Positions 1-9,065 of a DNA stretch of 21,122 nt are shown here, in pieces. The notes beneath the pieces are model-generated. The model did no database searches, was not told the origin of the DNA, and was given only the letters and a program-made list of their open reading frames with translations. The stretch comes from Octopus sinensis. Lineage: Eukaryota. Every line of letters begins with the position of its first letter. Position 1 is the stretch's first letter. Location: contig NW_021823781.1 in NCBI RefSeq assembly GCF_006345805.1, positions 1 through 21,122 on the forward strand. Direction: 5' to 3'. A program made the translations under genes and the position numbers.

Positions 1-224
1 ATAATACATTAATAGCGAAACAATTGTCTAGAGTTAATCTACATTTTTGTTATTTTTCATTTGCCCTGCTCGTTTACGTGAAATGTTGTGCTGATTCTCC
101 TTCGAAACAATTTTTTAGTGGTTGATACCATAGCGGATCTATTCTTAGCGCAAGAGTCAACCATATAGTGGTCATTATTTTATATTTGTGTATATTTTAT
201 AAATATTTAGCAGAAGTAACCGAA

Positions 225-780
225 TGACTCATGATGCGAGAGTTTCGTGCGTTGTGTCTTAGCAAAATAGTCACGTGTCGAAGTCTGTGAGTTTATATAG
301 ATAGGTCGGTTGGTCGGTCGCTAGGTAGGTAGTTTACGTACATTCGTAGCTAGCTTGCTAGCGAGAAAATATTTTCGTAAAAGAATATGTTGTTTCTTCA
401 ATGCAAACGTTGGTTACGGTAAGTCCATAACAACTATTTGGATTTGACAATATATGAACTAAACACTATTTGATATTTATATTATGGTTATGTGGCATGT
501 GATAATAACCATTTGAACTCAATATTTACGTATAGTTTACGTATGATAATATATAACAGTAAAGTGGCGAGCAGGCAGAATCGCTCTGGAGGCGGCGGCC
601 ACCGCGGGGCTGCCGGCGGCTTTGACGGAAGAATGAGAAGAAGCCCGGGCAAAAAGCGGGAGTAACTCCGACTCTCACTAGAGTAGCAAGTAGTCAGTCG
701 GTCAGTCGTACTAGTTGGAAGCAGCTACGATCGAGAGCACGAGTGTGTGTGTCCGTATGTTATTGATGAGGCGGGGTTAA
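225..780. promoter_or_regulatory. CpG-rich unique region, possible host-gene promoter or first exon
   Basis: Many CpGs against an AT-rich background, with a GC-rich core at ~565-662. TGACTCA at 225-231, CACGTG at 272-277 and a consensus splice donor G|GTAAGT at 418/419. No ORF support. Confidence 0.3.
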
Positions 781-999
781 ATTTGGGTTTTATCCCCTCG
801 GGGTAGATAAAGCACAATATGGCTGTATTGTACTGGGGTCGATGTATTGGGCTTTCTCTGTCTAGCCTTGTGTCTAATTTTCAAAGAATTATCTCAGAAG
901 CTTCTTGTAAATTTTTATTAGTTTTTTTTTTTTTTACTGGTATCGTAATCGTGACCATGCCAATGAAGAAGTATTCAACAATGAAATTGAACATTATTA

Positions 1000-1143
1000 A
1001 CATTATTTACATTCGACGGATATTTGTCCTCATCTTGTTTGTTGTTAACACAACGTTTCGGGTGATATACCCTCCAGCCTTCATCAGGAGTCATGGGGAA
1101 ATTTCGAACCTGGGATCTCATTCGTAAGGTATATTTCGATGTT
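1000..1143 (-). repeat. Inverted copy of the SINE-like body at 1231-1374
   Basis: The reverse complement of 1000-1143 aligns with 1231-1374, e.g. ACATTATTTACATT..GATATTTGTCCTCATCTTGTTTGTTGTTAACACAACGTTTCGG against its complement, with scattered substitutions. Confidence 0.9.
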
Positions 1144-1144
1144 A

Positions 1145-1407
1145 TGGCCTAGTTGTTAAGAGCGCGGGCTACTAACCTCAAGATTCCGATTTCGATTCCA
1201 GGCAGTGACATGAACAACAACAACAACAACAACATCGAAAAATACCTTAAGAATGAGAACCCAGGTTCGAAATTTCCCAATGACACCTGATGAAAGCTGG
1301 AGGGTATATCAGCCGAAACGTTGTGTTAACAACAAACAAGATGAGGACAAATATTCATCAAATATAAATAATGTACATAATTCCTCACCTCTTAACTATA
1401 GAACTGA
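1145..1407 (+). mobile_element. tRNA-headed SINE-like element with (AAC)n linker and hammerhead-containing 3' body
   Basis: A-box-like TGGCCTAGTTGTTAAG (1145-1160), B-box-like GATTTCGATTCC (1188-1199), (AAC)n at 1213-1233, then a body containing CTGATGA...GAAAC. The 3' boundary is approximate. Confidence 0.65.
1282..1327 (+). ncRNA. Minimal type I hammerhead ribozyme-like motif (a more degenerate copy lies on the minus strand at 1047-1092)
   Basis: GACAC-CTGATGA-a-(agctg..cagcc stem II)-GAAA-CG-TT-GTGTT. Stem I is GACAC/GTGTT and helix III is the palindrome AACGTT. There is an extra A before stem II and a mismatch at its base. Confidence 0.6.
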
Positions 1408-1798
1408 ATGAAATTGAACTAGACTGGAAATGATATGATGCACATGGATTTAAATATCGTGGTTGTCACGACATACATATAATGAGTAATGATTAATTTC
1501 GTATATACACCCATTGATCAAGTTTTTAAAAGCAATAAGATATTTACTGTTTCTCATGATCTAACCGATTAGTTGACCGCAAGAAACCACCAACAACCTA
1601 CATGTGAAATTTAATACTAGAAACAAACGCTAATTGATTTAGCCTGTGGATATTAGGTTGAAAAAATCATAGCTACTGAATTCGCATCATTTCTGATAAT
1701 TTGGACAGATGGACTTTATGCAGTGGAGTTCAGTAACCAAGACGTCCAGAGGCAAATAAATATTTCGTGTACAGTTGTAAGTTTTATGTACTAAATAT

Positions 1799-1832
1799 TG
1801 TGTGTGGTGTGTGTGTGTGTGTGTGTGTGTGT
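1799..1832. repeat. (TG)n microsatellite
   Basis: Directly visible. Confidence 0.95.
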
Positions 1833-1964
1833 GATGTCTAAAGTGTTTGACGTGGTCTACAGATATGTGGTGTACATACGTGATCTCACAACTTCTGGAT
1901 ACAACGTTGGACTCTACTCTTTTACTTTTTTACTTTGTTACTTTTTTAGTTCTTACCATAATGG

Positions 1965-2064
1965 ACTCTCAGATGAAGCTTTGGGGTTCAATTTTTGCAT
2001 AATTTTTGTATGATGTGTCAACTTTGGTATACCGTCCCCATAAGCCAGAAACAGCTGTTAGAGT
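1965..2064 (+). ncRNA. Degenerate hammerhead-like motif with extended stem II
   Basis: ACTCT-CAGATGA...GAAAC-AGCT-GTT-AGAGT. Stem I is ACTCT/AGAGT and stem II is GCTT.TGGGG/CCCCA.AAGC around a long loop. The core reads CAGAUGA instead of CUGAUGA. Confidence 0.45.
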
Positions 2065-2365
2065 AGAGTTGCATTTATTTATTCATTCATTGATGGTGTT
2101 TGTCAATTGCATATCTTCCCCATTTTCTTCCTTGCCTTATATATTTATATATATATATATATAAGTTCAGCAAAATTTAGTTTCAAATGAATATGGTACT
2201 TAAGCTAGATGCACCAGAAATTTGTATGGTGTTATCCATATAAATGGCTGATGATTGCTCAACATTTTAAAACTTTTGTAATACTCACAATATTTAATAA
2301 AATGATGTAGCGTGAAACGATCGTACCAAATTACCGAAGATATTCTTGTTGCTTATATTGAGTAA

Positions 2366-2392
2366 ATATATATATATATATATATATATATA
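2366..2392. repeat. (TA)n tract forming the left flank of the PLE insertion
   Basis: Directly visible. Confidence 0.95.
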
Positions 2393-2396
2393 ATAA

Positions 2397-3328
2397 TAAA
2401 TATTAGGGAATATATCCAAATTTACAGGGAAAAAAATCAGATTTAGGATTAAATCCATTTTATAGTAAAATATTATAAAATATTATTTGAGACAAAACCA
2501 CTATTTTGCAAAACAAACAAGGAAAGACTTAATCAATACATAAAATTTAATAAATAGTCAAAAAAACCGCCACTACAATCGTTTCTTGTCTTGATCGACA
2601 ATCTTCAGGTGGACTTCCAATCTAAAAAATCAAAATTTTAAAATATAAAAAAATACTTTTAAATAATTAAAGTATAAATGAAAAAATATAAGTATATAAT
2701 CCATATATACCTATATATAATCCATATCGAAAATATAGACTAATTACCACGAATTCCCTAAAAAAAACCATGATAAAACAAACTCTTAAAACATATAACG
2801 ATAAAATCTCCCTTTGCTAAACTCTATAACAAACCTATAAAGTAAACCCCCTAACCTAAACATTCACACACAAATACACACACGTAAACCACAAACTCAC
2901 GACTTATACACATACCTATACTAACTTATAAACCTCAATATACACCAAAACCCACTCCCTCCCCACACAGACAATTAACACATACATCCCAAAACCTAAA
3001 TAACAAACCCCCATATACACATTCACACACAAAACACACACTCACACGCAAAACACTCACACACAAAAGATACATATACTCCCTCACATATACGCCTATA
3101 CTACTCCTAAACTCGACATATACAACAATACTTACACACCCACAAAAAACATTATATACATTTATGAGCTTTAACTCACCTTAGCATCTCTAACAAACAA
3201 CTTGCAGTAACCCAATCCCATTCTCTATGCCTACCTCACTACTACACTATTCAATTCACATTCCAAGCAACGCTAGTCCACACCCGTTATTCACGTGGCA
3301 AAACGACACCACTCAAAAATTATGAATG

Positions 3329-3331
<3 letters not shown>
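2397..3331 (-). repeat. Inverted copy of 4986-5916 (3' part of the pLTR plus the leader before the ORF)
   Basis: 2401-2440 is the reverse complement of 5873-5912. The alignment continues to TATGAATGAAA (3321-3331), the reverse complement of TTTCATTCATA (4986-4996). Confidence 0.95.
2570..2612 (-). ncRNA. Hammerhead ribozyme (inverted copy)
   Basis: Exact reverse complement of 5702-5744. Confidence 0.8.
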
Positions 3332-3362
<31 letters not shown>

Positions 3363-3771
3363 AGTAATCCCATTCACACACCATTATATGTATACAATAT
3401 ACACACTTGAATAATACATACTAGCCCTAATATACTGAACATACTAATAATCACCAACTAACCACCATCACAAATGAAACCCACACCCATACTATGACAA
3501 AACTCCCCCATACCCTATTTACACCTACATAGTAATCCCAATATATTCTTCCATACATGGACGCAAGTGCGTGAAGCACATGAACATAATTAGTACGTAC
3601 AACCCCTAATACACACAATATATACGTATCAAGCTCGACCTCCACAGTGATAAGTTTACACACAATCACACCCAGATGGGTGAATTGCACAACCAGTGAA
3701 TGCTCACACATACGGGCGCGATTACATTGTTGCATATATCGAGCCAAAATAGTATGCATATGTACATGTGA

Positions 3772-3804
3772 GGGGTACACGTAAATGAAGTGAGCGTGTA
3801 CCCC
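3772..3804. other. Perfect 10-bp GC-rich stem-loop inside the pLTR (second copy at 9477-9509)
   Basis: GGGGTACACG (3772-3781) pairs with CGTGTACCCC (3795-3804) around a 13-nt loop. Confidence 0.8.
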
Positions 3805-4021
3805 CTGTATTTATACCCGTGCGTGAATATACACATGGAGACTACCACACAGGTACAAATGTGTTTAGAAATGGGAACCCCATCACTACACTTAATGTAT
3901 ACTCTCACCCATCCGCACGGATGTGTAAGTGTATCTCCGGTGTATATGTTGAGGCTTATATGTAGAGTTGTTGAAGTGAACGTCGTTGAAATTGTGAATG
4001 AATGGGTAGTGTTGGGAATTG

Positions 4022-5568
4022 TAACCGGGTGGTGGACTAGTGTTGCTTGGAATTGTGAATGGATTAGGGTGGTAATGAGGTAGGCATTGAGTATGGGTTA
4101 CTGTAAGTTGTTTGTTAGAGTTGCTAGGGTGAGCTAAAGCTCATAATGTATATAATTGATTTTTCATGATAGTTTTTAAAGAATCCATTCATAATAAATT
4201 TTTTTTAAGTAGCGTTGGTTTGCTACGTGGAAATAGTTTTTAGTTCCATTTATTATATTTCTCCATTCATACTATGAATGACGTTACTTTTTCTATGGCG
4301 CGTATTCTTCTTTTACATTAGTTATTTCCATGGTAACGTAATTTTGTTTGGTTTTTTAACGGCTAAAAATCTAATTTCACTTCATAATTTGTAACTGAAT
4401 TGTAAGTATGTATTTGATTTATCCTTATGTCATAATGTTATTTTTGATATTCTGGTTAATTACGATGTATTTATTGTTGTTTTCATAAGAGTGTTTATGT
4501 ATATGAGATTGGTTGTGAGTTTTTATTGTATAATTAATTTTTTATCTGTATGAGTGTGGGTGTAAATATTGTTGTATATATCGAGTTTTAGTGAGTATGT
4601 ATATGCGTATATGTGAGGGAGCATATGTATCTGTTGTGGGTGTGTGTTTTGCGTGTGTGGTGTTTGTGTGTGAATGTGTATTTGGGTTTGTTATTTAGGA
4701 TTGGGATGTATGTGTTAATTGTCTGTGTGGGGAGGGAGTGGTTTTTGTGTATATTGAGGTATAAGTTAGTATAGGTTGTGTGTATAAGTCTTGGGTCTGT
4801 GGTTACGTGTGGGTTTTTTGTGTGTGAATGTTTAGGTTAGGGGGATTGCTATATAAGTTTGTTATAGGGTTTAGCAAAGGGAGATTTTATCGTTATATGC
4901 TTTTATGAGTTTTGGTTTATCATGGTTTTTTTAGGTAATTCGTGGTATTTTGTATATTTTAGGTGTTGGTTATTTTTTTACATTGTTTCATTCATAATTT
5001 TTGAGTGGTGTTCGTTTTGCCACGTGAATAACCGGGTGGTGGACTAGCGTGCTTGGAATGTGAATTGAATAGTGTAGTAGTGAGGTAGGCATAGAGAATG
5101 GGATGGGGTACTGCAAGTTGTTTGTTAGAGATGCTAAGGTGAGTTAAAGCTCATAAATGTATATAATGTTTTGTGGTGTGTAAGTATTGTTGTATATGTC
5201 GAGTTAGTGAGTATGTATAGGCGTATATGTGAGGGAGTATATGTATTTTGTGTGTGAGTGTTTTGCGTGTGAGTGTGTGTTTTGTGTGTGAATGTGTATA
5301 TGGGTTTGTTATTTAGGTTTTGGGATGTATGTGTTAATTTGTCTGTGTGGGGAGGGAGTGGGTTTTGGTGTATATTGAGGTTTATAAGTTAGTATAGGTA
5401 TGTGTATAAGTCGTGAGTTTGTGGTTACGTGTGTGTATTTGTGTGTGAATGTTTAGGTTAGGGGGTTTACTTTATAGGTTTGTTATAGAGTTTAGCAAAG
5501 GGAGATTTTATCGTTATATGTTTTTAAGAGTTTTGTTTTATCATGGTTTTTTTTAGGGAATTCGTGGT
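4022..5568 (+). repeat. Internal imperfect duplication A-X-B-A'-B' within the pLTR
   Basis: A (4022-4156) resembles A' (5029-5167), sharing TAACCGGGTGGTGGACTAG..AAGCTCATAA. B (4555-4947) resembles B' (5171-5568), sharing GTATATGTGAGGGAG..TTTAGCAAAGGGAGATTTTATCGTTATATG..AATTCGTGGTA. Both pairs carry many substitutions. Confidence 0.9.
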
Positions 5569-5701
5569 AATTAGTCTATATTTTCGATATGGATTATATA
5601 TAGGTTATATATGGATTATATACTTATATTTTTTCATTTATACTTTATTATTTAAAAGTATTATTTTTATATTTTAAAATTTTGATTTTTTAGATGGAAG
5701 T

Positions 5702-5744
5702 CCACCTGAAGATTGTCGATCAAGACAAGAAACGATTGTAGTGG
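5702..5744 (+). ncRNA. Minimal type I hammerhead ribozyme, sense to the ORF
   Basis: CCAC-CTGAAGA-TTGTC(GATCAA)GACAA-GAAA-C(GATT)G-TA-GTGG. All core nucleotides are intact, with a GUA triplet and predicted cleavage after A5740. Confidence 0.85.
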
Positions 5745-5975
5745 CGGTTTTTTTGACTATTTATTAAATTTTATGTATTGATTAAGTCTTTCCTTGTTTG
5801 TTTTGCAAAATAGTGGTTTTGTCTCAAATAATATTTTATAATTTTACTATAAAATTGGATTTAATCCTAAATCTGATTTTTTTTCCCTGTAAATTTGGAT
5901 ATATTCCCTAATATTTATATTTATATAATATTGATAATTTTGTATATTGAGAGTAATACCTCAATTTCGCAAATT

Positions 5976-8482
5976 ATGGATTTTACAGGTAAGATAGAAC
6001 CGCTGTTTTGGGATTCATCTTTGAAAGATATTCCTATTCCTTCTAGAAAGGAATTTATCTTGAAACTTGTTAATAATGTTAAGATTTTATTTCTAGAATT
6101 AAATGGAAAGCTTTTTACTATAATTTTTATTTATTTAATGATATTGATAGTAGGAATGATAATTATACCTCTAAATTTAAATCTAGAAAGGAACCTCCAT
6201 TTAATAAAGAATTACAATTACTTGAAGATAGTATATGGAAGGTGGTAAAAAATATTGAATCCATAAATACCAAATAGAAATAATGAATATTAAGGAATTT
6301 AGCAATTAAATTAAAGATATGAGAAATATGGATAGTATTATAGTACAATCTGATAAAACAAGGAACTTATATAAATTAGATGTAAATTATATGATAAACT
6401 ATTAGGGAAAGAAATAATTAAAAAATATAAAATTGTTCCAGATGATATTCTTTATAATATTAATAAGGCCTCTAAAGTAGTAATGTTAAAATATGAGTTG
6501 GATAATAAAACTGAACCTTATGTACCTTTGCACCCCAGAATTACTCTTAAAGACCATAAAGATAATTTTTATTCAGACCCTAAAGTTAGATTAATTTGCC
6601 CATGTAAATCGGACCTAGGTAAATTAAGTAAATTTATTTTAGATAAATATATTGATAAGTTAAATAAACTTAATTATTTAAAATTATGGTTTAGTAATAA
6701 TAATACATTGAAATGGTTTAATAATATTAAAGATAAAAATCGTTATAAATTTATTCAAATAGATATAGATAATTATTATTCTTCTATTAATGAAATTGTG
6801 TTTAATAAAGCGCTTATTTTCGCAATGAATAAAGTGGGCATGTCACGGGAAGAAGTTAATGTAATTAATTGGCTAGGAAATCGCTAATTAAATATAAAAA
6901 TAAATTATGGGCTAGGAATGATACTAGAGATTGTTTTGATATACCTATGGGAGCACCAGATTCTGCACAGGCTACTGATTTAGTAGGTATTTTTCTTTTA
7001 TCTGAACTCCAATTAGAAAATCTTAAGATAGAGGGTGGTTTATATAGAGACGATCTTCTACTAGTTACAAAAAATTGTACTAATAGGAATCTAGAAGTAT
7101 ATAAGAAAAAACTATATAGTTTCTTTAAAAGATATGGGTTACGTATTACTATATATAAGGAGAATTATAATGTTAATTATTTAGATGTTAATTTTAATCT
7201 TATTACAGGTAAAACACAACCATATCATAAACTTAATGAGAACCTTAGATATATAAATGTTAATAGTAATCACCCATTTTCTATTAAAAAATCGTTGATT
7301 AATAATATAAGTAAACGTATTTCATACTCTCTTATGATATAGAGATTTTTAATAAACATGCTAATTATTATAATGAGGCCCTTAGAGGGGCAGGTTATAA
7401 TAAGAATATTAAATTTATAATATTAGCGATAATGATTTAAATGATAATTTTCGAGATACTTCTAATAATAATTATATTTTGTTACGTTTAGTGGTAAAAA
7501 TAATAGATATTATAAAAAAATAATAAAAATGATAAAAATATAAATAAGAATAATAATAATAATAATAAATATAATAATAATATATAAATAAGAATAATAT
7601 AAATAAAAATAAATTTAATAATTATTATAATAATTATATTGATAAATTTAATAATATTAATAATTCCTTAAATGCTGTACATAGATATAATTCTGATAAT
7701 AATTTTAATAATAAATAAAGAATTATAAATATATTTATAATAATGATAATAATAATAAGGTTAATAAGAATAAAATTTGGTTAATAGTTCCTTATGGAGA
7801 TCAAGTTAAAACGAATATTATTAAAGAGATTTTAGATGTTATAGAACTATTTATTAGAGATAATCGTAAATATAGAAACATTTTCTCTTTAATAATTTTG
7901 GAGTTGGTTACTCTACCACTAATAATGTTGGTAACATTATTTCTTCATTTAATAAATATAACTGAATAATTTTTATAAAAAGAAATTATTTGATAATAAT
8001 ATTAATAATGATAAGACTTATATTAATTGTACATGTAGAGATAAATCTAATTGTATATTAAATAATAATTGTGATATTAACGATGTAGTGTATAAATGTA
8101 TAGTTACATTACATGATAATAACTTTAAGAATAATAATTACACAAAAGCGGTTTATATAGGTTCTACTTCCTCAAAAATAAAACTAAGAATTGCACAACA
8201 TATGAATTCTTTTTAAAAAAAAAAAACTTAATCAACTCAACCGGACTTAGTAAGTATATTTGGAGTCTTAAATCACTAAATATTAATTATAGTTTAATAT
8301 GGGAAATAATTTGTAAAACTAAATCATATAATATAGGAGCTAATTGTTGTTATTTATGCTCTAATGAGTTTAAAGAAATTTTATTTTATAAGTATGATAA
8401 TTTACTTAATACTGGGGAGGAGCGCAAAATAAAATGTAGACACAAGTTACTTTACTTATATAATAAGTTTCATGATAAATAG
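5976..8482 (+). pseudogene. PLE reverse transcriptase + C-terminal GIY-YIG endonuclease (~835 aa if frames are joined; about ten apparent frameshifts)
   Basis: Motifs in order: SLKDIPIP, DFISRIKWKA, SDKTRNLY, ITLKDHK..VRLICP, FIQIDIDNYYSSI, FDIPMGAPDSAQATDLVG, GLYRDD, NYLDV, YINVNSNHP, CTC..C..C-VVYKC..YIGST..RIAQH, LSKYIW, CYLC..LN..CRH, then TAG at 8480-8482. Confidence 0.9.
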
Positions 8483-9005
8483 CAATAATAGTCCCCTTTT
8501 AGGTTATTTTAGTTTAGTTTAAATTAGTTTAGATGATATATATTTTTGGTTATGTTGTCTAGGATTTAATTATAGTTAGTTATTGATTTTCTTTGTTTTA
8601 ATTAGTTCATTTTTAATGTATATTAATTTAGCAGTTTATGGTACGTTAAAACTTTAATAATTTATATTAGATTTTTTTATTTTTTTATTTTTATTTTTAT
8701 TTATTTTATTTTATTATGTATTTTTATTTTGCATTTGTTATATGTATTTTGAGGATATATTTATATGTTTTGGGTGTTATTTAGTGGTGTTTTTATTGAG
8801 TTTTGTATGTATGTGTGAATGTTTAAGATCCCTTTGTTTTTTGTTTTTTATTTGTATGTTGAATTGACAGATTTTATTTGGGTATTGTCTTTTATAATAA
8901 AGTACACACCCAAACAATTATAAGTGCCCACTTCATTCGTTGTACTTGGGTTTGCATGTGAGCTCAGCATATGCACCTAACGGCCACTCCAGCCCCACAT
9001 GGATA

Positions 9006-9030
9006 AATAAAAACACATACATCCCCAAAA

Positions 9031-9062
<32 letters not shown>
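9006..9062 (+). terminator. Candidate poly(A) signal followed by a templated A30 tract
   Basis: AATAAA at 9006-9011 and an A-run at 9033-9062, after a T-rich 3' UTR (8483-8890). Confidence 0.4.

Positions 9063-9065
<3 letters not shown>

Larger units (their letters stand above)
3329..5850 (+). repeat. 5' direct repeat (pseudo-LTR) of the PLE
   Basis: Matches 9033-11546 from the A-tract/GGGAG through CAAATAATATTTTATA. Differences are mostly 1-2 nt indels. Confidence 0.95.

Noticed and set aside
819-1127. 102-aa ORF
   Set aside because: It runs through a T-homopolymer and the inverted SINE arm, with no protein signature.
3451-4083. ORFs 3451..3780(-), 3666..3908(-), 3790..4083(+) and their duplicates at 8933-9562
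   Set aside because: Their V/C/M/Y/H-rich composition follows from the strand skew and they show no recognisable motifs. Recurrence only reflects the pLTR duplication, and indels between copies shift their frames.
4060-5560. Telomeric repeat array or telomere-targeted PLE (scattered TTAGGG/TTAGG)
   Set aside because: The motifs are isolated rather than tandem and are expected in G/T-rich sequence. The element has a GIY-YIG endonuclease and sits in (TA)n.
3360-5580. Mitochondrial control region or NUMT, suggested by the skew, hairpins and TATGTACAT-like motifs
   Set aside because: No mitochondrial tRNA, rRNA or protein genes are adjacent, and the block is an integral, duplicated part of the PLE unit.
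5976-8482. Selenocysteine/TGA read-through or programmed frameshifting to explain the ORF breaks
   Set aside because: The breaks are numerous single-base losses and the stops met are mostly out-of-frame TAA/TAG, so error or decay is the simpler explanation.
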